Assembly: GCA_963796965.1 (NCBI GenBank)
Contig: CAWCNS010000006.1
Location: forward strand, 32,001-96,000
Direction: 5' to 3'
DNA length: 64,000 nt
Origin: Calditrichia bacterium
Lineage (GTDB): Bacteria; Calditrichota; Calditrichia; JAJRVZ01
Each line of letters opens with the position of its first letter. Position 1 is the first letter of the stretch. Below the pieces are notes generated by a model. It did not search any database. It saw only the letters and a program-made list of their open reading frames with translations, and had not been told where the DNA came from. Below, piece by piece: positions 1-10,178 of the stretch. The position numbers and the translations under genes were made by a program.

Positions 1-633
1 TATCGCTACGGGATATTTTTGAATAATACCTGCTGCTTGTGCCAATCTTTCCGATGCTTGAAATTCTCCTTCAGCATTAATTATTTTTGCCCGTCTTTCG
101 CGTTCGGCTTCTGCCTGTTTAGCCATTGCCCGTTTCATTTCCATGGGCAAATCAATATGTTTAACTTCAACTAATGACACTTTAATTCCCCATGGATCGG
201 ATTGTTTATCAATTATTTTTTGCAGTTCATGGTTTATTTTTTCTCGTTCACCCAAGAGCTCATCCAACTCCACCTGACCAACGATACTCCGCAAAGTTGT
301 TTGAGATAATTGTGAGGTTGCGAATGTATAATTTTCCACCTCCACTATTACTTTTTCAGGATTGATTACCCTGAAGTAAATAACAGCATTTACCTGGACC
401 GAAACATTATCTTTGGTGATCACGTCCTGAGGGGGTACATCCATAACTACCGTTCGTAATGTTGTCTTGACCATTTTGTCGATAAATGGAATTAATAAAA
501 TTAAGCCAGGGCCTTTTGCTCCGACGAGACGTCCAAGGCGAAAAATAACACCCCGCTCATATTCCTTTAATATTCTGATAGCAGATGCTAACAATAACAC
601 GACCACTACTGCAATAACAACCATAATAGGCAT
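1..633 (-). CDS. SPFH/stomatin (slipin) family membrane protein, 3' end outside window
   Basis: Not in ORF track; manual translation from ATG 633 (GGAGG RBS): [36 protein letters not shown]...[15 protein letters not shown]...DPWGIKV...[17 protein letters not shown]; downstream of nfeD as is typical. Confidence 0.93.
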   Translation of the reverse strand, partial: MPIMVVIAVVVVLLLASAIRILKEYERGVIFRLGRLVGAKGPGLILLIPFIDKMVKTTLRTVVMDVPPQDVITKDNVSVQVNAVIYFRVINPEKVIVEVENYTFATSQLSQTTLRSIVGQVELDELLGEREKINHELQKIIDKQSDPWGIKVSLVEVKHIDLPMEMKRAMAKQAEAERERRAKIINAEGEFQASERLAQAAGIIQKYPVAI

Positions 634-756
634 ATTATCCTCCGACTGATTAATTTAACATTGGATCGCTAATTATAGAAATTAAATTCTAAACTCTAAG
701 TACTTAGTGACAACTAATCTCTAAATAAGTTCAAACGCAAAATCTCATTTCAAAAT

Positions 757-2041
757 TTAGGTAAGTGGCTTCACTTTAAGTTTTAGATGTATTGGATCTA
801 CACTCTCAACAACCACCCGTTTTCCTTTTCTAATTTTCTCGGGACTTGTTGCTTGCCAAATCTCACCATGAATCTCTATTTGACCTTCCGGTTTAAGATC
901 CTCCAGGGTTATACCTTCCTCTCCGACCAAGCCTTCTTTTCCGGTAGTTGGCTTCTTCCTAAAGGTCCTAAAGGCATAACCGATAGCAAATAGAAAAAAT
1001 AATGCTATGCTTATGGTTGCGGCAACTATCAGTTCCCAACTGATCTGAAGAAAAGGAAGTGGACTGTCTACAAGCATTAGGGACCCCAAAACGAGTGAAA
1101 TGACACCTCCGATAGATAATAACCCATAACTGGTAATTTTTATCTCTAATAAAAAGAGAATGGCTGAAAAAACAATCAATAACATACCGGCAATGTTGAC
1201 AGGTATTGTTTGAACAGAATATAAAAATAGTATGATACAAATACCACCCACCACGCCTGGTAATATTGAACCCGGATTATATAATTCCAAGGAAATACCA
1301 GTAATTCCTATTAAAAAAAGGATATAAAGTATATTAGGATCGCTCAGCATATCCAGAGCACGTTGTCTCCAATTCATCTCAAAAGACTCAATTTTTGCAT
1401 CTTTTGTATCAAGCGTCCGTGTTCCACTTAGAACAGTCACCTGTTTCCCATGTACCAATGAAAGCAAACTATCATCTGTTGCGACAATATAATCAATGAC
1501 ATTCAGATCCAACGCTTCCTGCTCCGTAATATTGGCACTTTCCCGGATAGCTTTTTCAGACCAATCGGGATTTCTTTCTCGTTTTTTTGAGACAGAGCGT
1601 ATATGTGCCACAGCATCATTGACAATTTTTTCTTCCATTACCGCCGACGTATCCTGTGCCCCTCCCCCCATATTTACGGGATGGGCAGATCCAATATTCG
1701 TTCCCGGGGCCATGGCTGCAATATGTGCCGCTGCTGTTATAAAGACACCTGCCGATCCTGCTCTTGATCCTGATGGTGATACATAGACAGCAATTGGGAC
1801 ATCTGCGCCAAGTATATCTTTTACGATTTCATGCATGGAGACCATCAAACCACCCGGTGTATCCATTTCAATAATCAATAATTCAACCCTGCGCTTTTTC
1901 TGCCCGTTCGATTGCATCTTTTACATATTCAGCTGCCACCGGATTGATAACCCCATCCACAATAATCTTATGTACCGTCTGCGCATGAGATTGCACCAAA
2001 AACAGGAGAAAGATAATAAGTACTAATAATATGTTTTTCAT
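757..2041 (-). CDS. nfeD: NfeD-family membrane-bound ClpP-class serine protease (one +1 frameshift near 1888)
   Basis: Signal peptide MKNILLVLIIFLLFLVQSHAQ from 2041; after removing one base continues into DTPGG, AGSAG, APGTNIGSAHPV, TM region and C-terminal OB domain (HGEIWQA). Confidence 0.9.
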
Positions 2042-2077
2042 AGAGTTACATCTCTAAATAATAGTATAATCTGAATC

Positions 2078-2106
2078 AAATTATCTTATATAATATCTAA
2101 AGTCAA
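2078..2106 (-). promoter_or_regulatory. Putative sigma70 promoter for nfeD-stomatin
   Basis: TTGACT-17 nt-TAATTT on minus strand, about 35 nt upstream of nfeD ATG. Confidence 0.4.
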
Positions 2107-2138
2107 GAAATTTTATCACACATTGTTCTACAGCGACT

Positions 2139-2213
2139 TCACCATGCTTCTTTACCCAAACCCTTACTTGCGGCAAAGATAACCGCTACTTTATTATTAA
2201 TTCCATATTGCAT
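2139..2213 (-). pseudogene. N-terminal relic of an SDR oxidoreductase
   Basis: MQYGINNKVAVIFAASKGLGKEAW* resembles the SDR Rossmann start (KVAxVxAxSKGLG); stop after 24 codons. Confidence 0.6.
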
Positions 2214-2399
2214 AAATATCCCCATGGTAGATTTAGTCTCATTCATCCTGAGGCTAAAATCAGGATGGGATCTCTAATGAATAATAACTCAAATTTGTTT
2301 TATTTAAGCTGCTTGCGATAAACTGATGATTTTAAAATGTTTAATAAACATATAATGATTGTACCAACATTGACGATAAGTTATATATAATGTGGCTTG

Positions 2400-2428
2400 T
2401 TGACATAGTTTTTCGTTTTTAATACATT
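2400..2428 (+). promoter_or_regulatory. Putative sigma70 promoter for the K+ channel operon
   Basis: TTGACA-17 nt-TACATT, 30 nt upstream of ATG 2458. Confidence 0.55.
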
Positions 2429-2457
2429 GAAAAGATATTACCATTTTCTAAAAAAAA

Positions 2458-3612
2458 ATGCTAAAAATTTTATATGATATCAGCCGACATACTTTGTCCC
2501 GGGTTGTACTTGGAATTATTCTTTTTGCTCTGGCAGGGGCTTTTCTTGTCTTTATTTTCGAAAGTGATCAGAATACTGCTGAGTTCACCAGTTTTAGCGA
2601 TGCTGTCTGGTGGATATTAGTTACGATTACCACTGTCGGATATGGTGACATGGCTCCCGTCACACCTGGTGGAAGATTCATCGCTATAATAATTATGTTT
2701 TTTGGTGTTGCTCTGTTATCTCTATTTACTGCAACAATCTCATCCGTCTTTATTACAAAAAAAATAAAAGAGGGGAAGGGTTTGGAAGACATTAAATTTA
2801 AAAATCATTTATTGATCTGTGGATGGAACTTTAGCGCAGAGCAGATTCTAATACTGCTCGAAAAAAAGAAAAAACAGGTTGGATCCATCGTCCTGATAAA
2901 TCAATTAGGCGAAGAAGTTGTTGCGGAGATCCTTCAGCGTTTTTCAACCCTAAAGATTCGGTTCGTGCGGGGTGATTATTCAAAAGAAGCTGTCTTAAAC
3001 AGGGCCAATATAAGTATGGCGCGCGAAGCAGTAATTTTACCAGACAGCAGCATTGGATTGACTTCCCATAGTGATGAAGTTACCATTTTGTCCACACTGA
3101 CCATCAAATCAATAAATCCAAAAATTAGGGTATTTGCCTATATTATTGACCGGGAAAATTTATCCCATATTCGAAAAGCAAAAGCAGACGAGGTCTTAGT
3201 TAGTGATGCTTATGCCGGGTATCTCATGGCTGCCCACATCCTTTCTCCAGGTATTCCACAAACAGTCGATCAACTCTTTTCAGAAGATGGCGCCTATAAC
3301 CTCACCCGACAAGATATTCCAGACACTTATGAGGGAAAATCCTATAATGAGTTGATATCTGATTTAAAATCAGACCCAAAGATACTCCCCCTTGGACTAG
3401 GTCGGGAGGACGAGGGTATGAATATCAGTAATTTACTCAGTGATGATTATTCCTATCTTGATCAATTTATCCGCAGAAAATTTGAAGAGGCTGGTCGGGG
3501 TCTTACAGAAGAAAACCGGATTAATGTTCGGTTGAATCCCGCTGCGGATACAATGATTGATTCGAAGGATTTTCTGATTGTAATAAGTAAAGGAGGGAAC
3601 TCCGAACCATGA
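2458..3612 (+). CDS. Potassium channel, 2TM pore plus RCK/TrkA-N domain (MthK-like)
   Basis: Selectivity filter TITTVGYGD between two TM helices; RCK Rossmann start NHLLICGWN; FVRGD. Confidence 0.92.
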   Translation: MLKILYDISRHTLSRVVLGIILFALAGAFLVFIFESDQNTAEFTSFSDAVWWILVTITTVGYGDMAPVTPGGRFIAIIIMFFGVALLSLFTATISSVFITKKIKEGKGLEDIKFKNHLLICGWNFSAEQILILLEKKKKQVGSIVLINQLGEEVVAEILQRFSTLKIRFVRGDYSKEAVLNRANISMAREAVILPDSSIGLTSHSDEVTILSTLTIKSINPKIRVFAYIIDRENLSHIRKAKADEVLVSDAYAGYLMAAHILSPGIPQTVDQLFSEDGAYNLTRQDIPDTYEGKSYNELISDLKSDPKILPLGLGREDEGMNISNLLSDDYSYLDQFIRRKFEEAGRGLTEENRINVRLNPAADTMIDSKDFLIVISKGGNSEP

Positions 3613-4136
3613 TAAATCCAGATATTGCAGAATTTTTTTCATTTTTTAAACTTGTCCCCCTGTTTCAGGACCTGGATGAAACCCAAATAAAAAAGGTTAT
3701 GGAAATCATGACCATTTCGGAAATCAGGAAAGGAGAAATGATCACCAAAGAGGGAGAACATGGCGACAGTATGTTTATATTGTTGAAAGGGCAGGTTGAA
3801 ATCTCTAAAAGCCTTTTTTTGTCCCCTTTATCAAGTGAAGATTCACTTCAGGAAAAATCTTTGATCAGGTTGAATGAAGACCAGCACGCCTTTTTTGGTG
3901 AAATGGCATTATTTTTAGAAAATCCGGAAAGATCAGCATCCATAAAGGCTCTTCGACCATGCAAATTGGCCAGCATTCAAAAGCCGGATTTACTATCTGT
4001 CTTAGAAAAGGATCATTATATAGGTTCAATTTTCTATAAAAATATCGCGATCGAACTTACCAAGCGTCTTATTAAAGCGAATAGAGATGTCCTGAAATTG
4101 ACAACTGCATTTAGCCTGGCTCTTGAGGGAGAATGA
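3609..4136 (+). CDS. Stand-alone cyclic nucleotide-binding domain protein (no HTH)
   Basis: LFQDL...EGEHGDSMFILLKGQVEI...FFGEMALF...ERSASI phosphate-binding cassette; ATGA overlap with channel stop. Confidence 0.88.
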   Translation: MINPDIAEFFSFFKLVPLFQDLDETQIKKVMEIMTISEIRKGEMITKEGEHGDSMFILLKGQVEISKSLFLSPLSSEDSLQEKSLIRLNEDQHAFFGEMALFLENPERSASIKALRPCKLASIQKPDLLSVLEKDHYIGSIFYKNIAIELTKRLIKANRDVLKLTTAFSLALEGE

Positions 4137-5964
4137 TTTGATCGTAAAAGGCACGTTTACATTCCAGACGGAGACAGAGTATTTTAAAGTTGTTATGGAA
4201 CGCTATTTCCGTCGCATTCCCCCGATTCCAACAAACCTCTATTTGAATCTACCGGAAGCTCAGAAAGAAGAAAATAGAATTAAAATAGCTACCATATGTC
4301 ACTTTCCATCAATAATAAATACCCTGGCAAGAGATAAAAGTTATAAAGTTATAGAGGCAGCATTAAAGAATGATTTTTGGATCCTCGTTGGTGAACTCCA
4401 GGATGTGCTGGGCTTTGGAAAAAAAGAACGAAAGGAGTTTGCGCGCCAGGAAGTTTTTCGGATAATTCTGGTTCTTCTGATGTTCGAAGACGATTTAGAT
4501 GTCATCGGAGAGGTATTACGTAATGCCTCTGTTTCCACTTTAATGCTCTCCACCTATATCAAGATACTTGAGAAGCGAGGAAGGGGTCAGAAAGATCAAC
4601 AAATATTAAAGGAAGCAAAAAAGGTTCTTCAGGAAAAAAAACAACGTATTTTAAAAGCCTCTGAGTTATTAAAATCTAGAAAAAAAATGCTGGAGAAGCC
4701 TCACCAGTTCTCCTTGATTCAAAAACTTGCTGATAATGATAAGGTTATTAGAAAAGCAGTGCATAATATATTAGCTGATCTTGATCCGGCCTTACTTGTT
4801 GATTTAGTTGCGTTGGCAACCAAAAAAGATAATCGGGAAAATATTCTTGAACAATTCATAATTTTATCCGAACTACAAGATTTAATTAGCAGGAGGGATG
4901 ATCTTCGGCATCTGACTATAACTAACCTTAATATTAATCGCCCACTGGACCCTGAATTTCAAAACAGTACATTAGCAGAATACTTCCTGGAAATTGTTAA
5001 TCGTCAGCGATTATCCCTGTTGGACATATGCCAGGAGGATTTGACAAATTTTCAGCATGTCATGCTCCTTGCTAATTGTCATTGTGATAGTAATGAAGAT
5101 ATTCGTGATATTGCCAATAGTATTTTAAGTTTGGATGATATCTTTGCCCTTGTAACGGACAACTCAACCCCACAGAATCATTTCAAATCCATTCTTGATA
5201 TCTTGAGTGAGCATCCTGAGGATGATGTTCAGCAACGGGTAGAAACAACCTATCATGATGAAAGTGAACGCTTATGGACAAGAATGAAAGAGATGGAACA
5301 AACTATTAATGCTTATTTTGACATAATCTTTCAATCACTGGGTTTCACCCAAATTAATGAATATAATATTTCGATCAAATCACTTGAACAAGCTGAGCGT
5401 ACGATAGAAAATCTTGTACCGAAGCTAGATGACACAATAAATGAAAAAATTGATGATGCCTTACCGGTTTTTAATGCAATAAAAAAAGCAGTTGAAATGC
5501 GGATATATGACATCAATGCAAATACGACGCCTGCAGGCTTAAAGGACCTTTCCCATATTCAAGATATTATCGATCAGATTTTTGGATTAAAAAATATTGG
5601 AAAAGAAGGGTTGCGTCCAGGTGTAATCAAGGACATCGATCCTGAATTACTCGAAAAGGCTCGAAAGATCTGGCAAAGTGCCCTGGGCCAGTTTCTGGGT
5701 AGGATTAAACATCTGAATGAAATGATTAAGATCAAATTTTCTTTACTTGCAAGAGAAGTCGAGCAACACGATAATATCCAAAGCGACTTTGTTGAAATTA
5801 TAGAAACCTTTGAAGAAAATCATAAGAAGAAAATAAACTGCGATTTACAAATTGCCTGTAATCAATGTCCCAAACGCGGTTGTGCCTCCGAACGCTTTTT
5901 AACCGAAACTCAATTTTTTATTGAAGAGCTCATGGACAACTTCATCGACGAACCACGCGTCTAG
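4123..5964 (+). CDS. Hypothetical 613-aa helical protein with C-terminal C-x5-C-x2-C-x4-C motif
   Basis: Long ORF overlapping the upstream gene by 14 nt; Leu/Ile/Glu-rich; CDLQIACNQCPKRGC near the end; start codon uncertain. Confidence 0.75.
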   Translation: MRENDLIVKGTFTFQTETEYFKVVMERYFRRIPPIPTNLYLNLPEAQKEENRIKIATICHFPSIINTLARDKSYKVIEAALKNDFWILVGELQDVLGFGKKERKEFARQEVFRIILVLLMFEDDLDVIGEVLRNASVSTLMLSTYIKILEKRGRGQKDQQILKEAKKVLQEKKQRILKASELLKSRKKMLEKPHQFSLIQKLADNDKVIRKAVHNILADLDPALLVDLVALATKKDNRENILEQFIILSELQDLISRRDDLRHLTITNLNINRPLDPEFQNSTLAEYFLEIVNRQRLSLLDICQEDLTNFQHVMLLANCHCDSNEDIRDIANSILSLDDIFALVTDNSTPQNHFKSILDILSEHPEDDVQQRVETTYHDESERLWTRMKEMEQTINAYFDIIFQSLGFTQINEYNISIKSLEQAERTIENLVPKLDDTINEKIDDALPVFNAIKKAVEMRIYDINANTTPAGLKDLSHIQDIIDQIFGLKNIGKEGLRPGVIKDIDPELLEKARKIWQSALGQFLGRIKHLNEMIKIKFSLLAREVEQHDNIQSDFVEIIETFEENHKKKINCDLQIACNQCPKRGCASERFLTETQFFIEELMDNFIDEPRV

Positions 5965-6141
5965 ACCATCTACCCATATTTCTCCAAATACAAAAGAAAT
6001 ACTTTTATCACCTAAAAATTAAATTAGAAAAATACGCTTAATTATAGTAAATTAAAGGTTTATAATAATTTGCACTCTTGATAAATCTTTAAAAATATTT
6101 TAAAGATTGCAGATGATCAGTGACTATATGTCGGAGAATGA

Positions 6142-8799
6142 ATGAGCCAACTACAGATCGACAAGATTTATGATCCAAAAAAAGTAGAAGATAAATGGTA
6201 TGATTTCTGGCTGGAAAAGAATTATTTTGCCGCCAGCCCCAATAAAGAAAAAAAACCTTATACTATCGTAATACCTCCCCCTAATGTAACGGATATACTT
6301 CATGCCGGGCATGCATTTAACAATACGATTCAGGACATTTATATCCGTTACATGCGCAAAAAAGGTTATGAAACTCTCTGGCAACCAGGAACCGATCATG
6401 CTGGTATTGCAACCCAGAACGTTGTTGAAAGAAATCTTGCGAAAGAAAATATCTCCCGTCATGATCTGGGAAGAGAAAAATTTGTAGAGAAGGTATGGGA
6501 ATGGCGTGAAAAATATGGTTCAACTATTATTCATCAACTAAAAAAACTAGGATGTTCCTGTGATTGGTCCCGTGAGCGGTTCACGATGGACGAAAATCTA
6601 TCAAAAGCTGTAAAAGAAGTTTTTGTCAGATTATATGAAAAGGACTTGATATACAAAGGTAAATATATAATTAACTGGTGTCCCCGATGCTCGACAGCTC
6701 TTTCTGATGAAGAGGTTGAACATAAAGAATCTACGGGTCATCTTTGGTACTTTATGTATCCTTACAAAGATCGACAAGGGGCAATTGTTGTTGCCACGAC
6801 CCGTCCTGAGACAATGCTGGGGGATACTGCTGTTGCTGTCAATCCAAATGATAAACGATATAAAAGTCTGATTGGTAAAATACTTGTCCTTCCTTTGATG
6901 AATCGTGATATACAAGTTGTAGCAGATGAGTTTGTCGATCCGGAATTCGGAACTGGTGCTGTAAAAGTTACCCCGGCTCATGATCCCAACGATTTTCAGA
7001 TTGGTCTTCGCCATAATCTGGAACAAATTAATATATTGAATCCTGATGGTATCCTTAATGAAAATGCAGGACCGTTCGCCGGACTTGATAGATTTGTTGC
7101 CCGTAACCAGGTCATTGAGGAAATGAAAAAACTGGGCCTATTGGAAAAAGTGACCAACCATCACCATAGTGTTGGACATTGTCACCGCTGCAATACGCAG
7201 GTTGAACCCTATTTATCTGAGCAATGGTTTGTCAAAGTAGCGCCCCTTGCAGAACCTGCACTTCAAGTTGTGAAAGAGGGGAAAGTAAAATTACACCCCC
7301 ATGATCGCTGGTACCGGACTTATGAGCATTGGATGGAAAATGTGAGGGATTGGTGTATTTCCCGTCAGCTATGGTGGGGACATCGTATACCTGTGTATTA
7401 TTGTGATGACTGCCATGAGATGATGGTCATGCGTGAAGATCCACAAAAATGTACGAATTGCGGAAATAACCATATCCGGCAGGATGAAGATGTTTTGGAT
7501 ACCTGGTTTTCCTCCTGGCTCTGGCCATTTTCTACACAGGGCTGGCCGGATCAAAACGAAGATTTGGACTATTTCTATCCCACTGATCTCCTGGTCACCG
7601 GACCGGATATCATTTTCTTCTGGGTTGCAAGGATGATTATGGCCGGTTTAGAATTTATGGGTGAAGTTCCCTTTACCAATGTATTACTCAATGGTATAAT
7701 CCGTGATGAGCATGGGAAAAAAATGAGTAAATCTCTTGGGAATGGAATTGATCCTTTAAAGATGATTGATCAGTTCAGTGCCGATGCTGTACGATTTACA
7801 TTGATCATGCTAAGTTCAGAAGGACAGGATACTAATCTTTCCACAAAAAATTTCGAGATGGGTCGCAATTTTTCGAATAAAATTTGGAATGCCTACCGCT
7901 TTCTATCCATGCATCTGTCTGATACAGTTGATACGGACTTTGAAAAATATAAGGATCATTTTGAACTATCGGATCGCTGGATACTCAGCAGTTTTCAAAA
8001 AGCGATCGAACAAACCGAAGCAAATCTAAACCGTTTTCGGGTAAATGAATCATTAAACACCATTTATCAGTTTTTTTGGCATGATTACTGTGACTGGTAT
8101 CTTGAACTCATAAAAAAGCGCCTTTATGACGAAGATAATTCAGAGAAAAGACAGACGGCCCTGAGCATTGCATCCTATATTATGAAAGAAACTATGGGTA
8201 TATTTCACCCCTATATACCCTTTATAAGTGAAGAAGTCTGGCAGCGTTTTAGCGCCGTCAACGAAGAAAGTATTAGCATCTCATCCTGGCCCGAATCGAA
8301 AATAGAATTATTAGATGAGGCTTCCGAAGAAGAAATGACTTTGCTCCAGGAACTTATAGGAGCGATTAGAAATATTCGTGCAGAAATGAATGTCCCTCCG
8401 GGAAAAAGTGCAGCCTTGTATGTACGCACAGAGAAGGTAACCTTTCAAATGATTAAGCGAGACGAGGGATATTTTACAAGCCTTGCAAAAACCGAATCGA
8501 TTAATGCCTATTCAGACCAACTGGAAGATACAGCCATGGCAACCGCTGTGGTTCAGGGGATTGAAATATTTATTCCTTTGGCAGATCTGATTGATGTTGA
8601 AAAAGAGAAAATGCGATTAGAAAAGGAAATTAACCGCCTCAGGGGTCTTGAAAAAAGCATTAGCAGCAAATTGAATAACGAAAATTTTGTTAACAAAGCA
8701 CCTAAGACTGTAGTCAAGACGGAAAAAGAAAAACTTTTAAAAATACAAGAAAGTTTGTCAAAACTATCCGAGAACTATCAAAAATTAATTGAAGGATAA
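6142..8799 (+). CDS. valS: Valine--tRNA ligase
   Basis: PPPNVT..LHAGHA (HIGH), DHAGIATQ, DWCISRQLWWGH, KMSKS, C-terminal coiled coil. Confidence 0.98.
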   Translation: MSQLQIDKIYDPKKVEDKWYDFWLEKNYFAASPNKEKKPYTIVIPPPNVTDILHAGHAFNNTIQDIYIRYMRKKGYETLWQPGTDHAGIATQNVVERNLAKENISRHDLGREKFVEKVWEWREKYGSTIIHQLKKLGCSCDWSRERFTMDENLSKAVKEVFVRLYEKDLIYKGKYIINWCPRCSTALSDEEVEHKESTGHLWYFMYPYKDRQGAIVVATTRPETMLGDTAVAVNPNDKRYKSLIGKILVLPLMNRDIQVVADEFVDPEFGTGAVKVTPAHDPNDFQIGLRHNLEQINILNPDGILNENAGPFAGLDRFVARNQVIEEMKKLGLLEKVTNHHHSVGHCHRCNTQVEPYLSEQWFVKVAPLAEPALQVVKEGKVKLHPHDRWYRTYEHWMENVRDWCISRQLWWGHRIPVYYCDDCHEMMVMREDPQKCTNCGNNHIRQDEDVLDTWFSSWLWPFSTQGWPDQNEDLDYFYPTDLLVTGPDIIFFWVARMIMAGLEFMGEVPFTNVLLNGIIRDEHGKKMSKSLGNGIDPLKMIDQFSADAVRFTLIMLSSEGQDTNLSTKNFEMGRNFSNKIWNAYRFLSMHLSDTVDTDFEKYKDHFELSDRWILSSFQKAIEQTEANLNRFRVNESLNTIYQFFWHDYCDWYLELIKKRLYDEDNSEKRQTALSIASYIMKETMGIFHPYIPFISEEVWQRFSAVNEESISISSWPESKIELLDEASEEEMTLLQELIGAIRNIRAEMNVPPGKSAALYVRTEKVTFQMIKRDEGYFTSLAKTESINAYSDQLEDTAMATAVVQGIEIFIPLADLIDVEKEKMRLEKEINRLRGLEKSISSKLNNENFVNKAPKTVVKTEKEKLLKIQESLSKLSENYQKLIEG

Positions 8800-8804
8800 T
8801 CTCG

Positions 8805-10166
8805 ATGAGAAAATCTTTGATACATATCCTGTTTACGTTCCTACTATTTTCAATTGCGTCTGCCCAATCTGTCTCACTCAGTATAACAAACCAAGATTTA
8901 GCCCTTGTTGAAGAAACACGAGACATTACCGTAAATAAGACAGTAAGCACAATTGATTTGGTCGATTTACCCAGATTATTGGATCCAACTTCAGTTCATG
9001 CTGTATTTCAACCCTCTTCCATTGAACTATTAGAGCAAAATTTTATTTATGAACAAGCTAATATCCAAAACATATTGAAAAAAACTGTCGGGGAACCAAT
9101 CCGTTTATTGCATCCAGAACTTGGTACCATTCAAGGGACTGTGCTTTCATTCCAAGACGGCACAATTGTTGTCCAGACGGCTGAAAATGAATTGCGAATT
9201 ATTCCTCACTATTCCACATCCCATTTGGTTTTAGAAAAATCAGCCGGGAAATTCAAAGATCATTTTTCACAGCCAAAAATTTCCTGGCGTTTAAAATCAA
9301 AATCCCAAACTAAGGCAAAAGCGAAAATCTCTTATCTTACAGGTGGGCTTCATTGGAAAGCGGATTATACAGCAATAGTTGGAGAGGAAGAAGAAAATAT
9401 TACTCTGGCATCTTTGGTTACAATAATTAACGAATCTGGAAAATCATATTATCAGGCTGATTTAACATTAATTGCAGGAGAATTACACAAGGCACATGCT
9501 CGACCACCTTTTCCATCAGCACGTAGCGGAAGGGTTATGGAAATGAGTGCAAAAATGGATAGCCCTTTTGAAGAAAGCAAATCTTTCGAATACCATACCT
9601 ATCATTTGGATAGCAAATTCGATCTTCAGAACATAGAGACGAAACAAATACCCCTTTTCACTTCAACCGTAGCCAGAGCTAACAAATCTTATAACTATAA
9701 TTATCAAAGAGATCCGGAAAATGTTTCCGTATTTTTTAGTATCGAGAACAGTAAAAAGAATAATTTAGGGATACCGCTTCCAGAGGGCCAAATCCGAATC
9801 TATAAACGAGATCATGGTCGATTGCTGATCCTCGGTGAGGATTTCATTTCTAACACACCCAAAGATGAGATTGTAAAGATTGAAGTTGGTAAGGCTTTTG
9901 ATATAAAAGCCGAGCGCTCTGTTCTGGAACAGAGGCGAGAAGGTAAAAATACTGAAAAGCAAAAGATCGCTATTGAATTACGAAATCGTAAAGATGATGA
10001 TGTAATAATTAACGTGGTTGAACCATTAATACGTCATCGCAATGCAAGAATATTGAATAGTAATTATAAAGTTCATCAACAAACTGCCGATAAAGTTGAA
10101 TTCCTTATTCCCATAAAGTCGGGTCAAACTGAATCCTTAAATTTTGAATTAATTTATACCTGGTAA
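8805..10166 (+). CDS. DUF4139-type exported protein
   Basis: Signal peptide; LALVEETR, SYLTGGLHWKADY, LGIPLPEGQIRIY, GKAFDI motifs. Confidence 0.75.
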   Translation: MRKSLIHILFTFLLFSIASAQSVSLSITNQDLALVEETRDITVNKTVSTIDLVDLPRLLDPTSVHAVFQPSSIELLEQNFIYEQANIQNILKKTVGEPIRLLHPELGTIQGTVLSFQDGTIVVQTAENELRIIPHYSTSHLVLEKSAGKFKDHFSQPKISWRLKSKSQTKAKAKISYLTGGLHWKADYTAIVGEEEENITLASLVTIINESGKSYYQADLTLIAGELHKAHARPPFPSARSGRVMEMSAKMDSPFEESKSFEYHTYHLDSKFDLQNIETKQIPLFTSTVARANKSYNYNYQRDPENVSVFFSIENSKKNNLGIPLPEGQIRIYKRDHGRLLILGEDFISNTPKDEIVKIEVGKAFDIKAERSVLEQRREGKNTEKQKIAIELRNRKDDDVIINVVEPLIRHRNARILNSNYKVHQQTADKVEFLIPIKSGQTESLNFELIYTW

Positions 10167-10178
10167 TTATAGAACAAA

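Noticed and set aside
2214..2457. c-di-AMP or other riboswitch upstream of the K+ channel
   Set aside because: No recognisable conserved motif; predicted promoter leaves only a ~25-nt leader
2458..5964. Pycsar/CBASS-type defence system
   Set aside because: No recognisable cyclase in the operon, canonical K+ filter, housekeeping context
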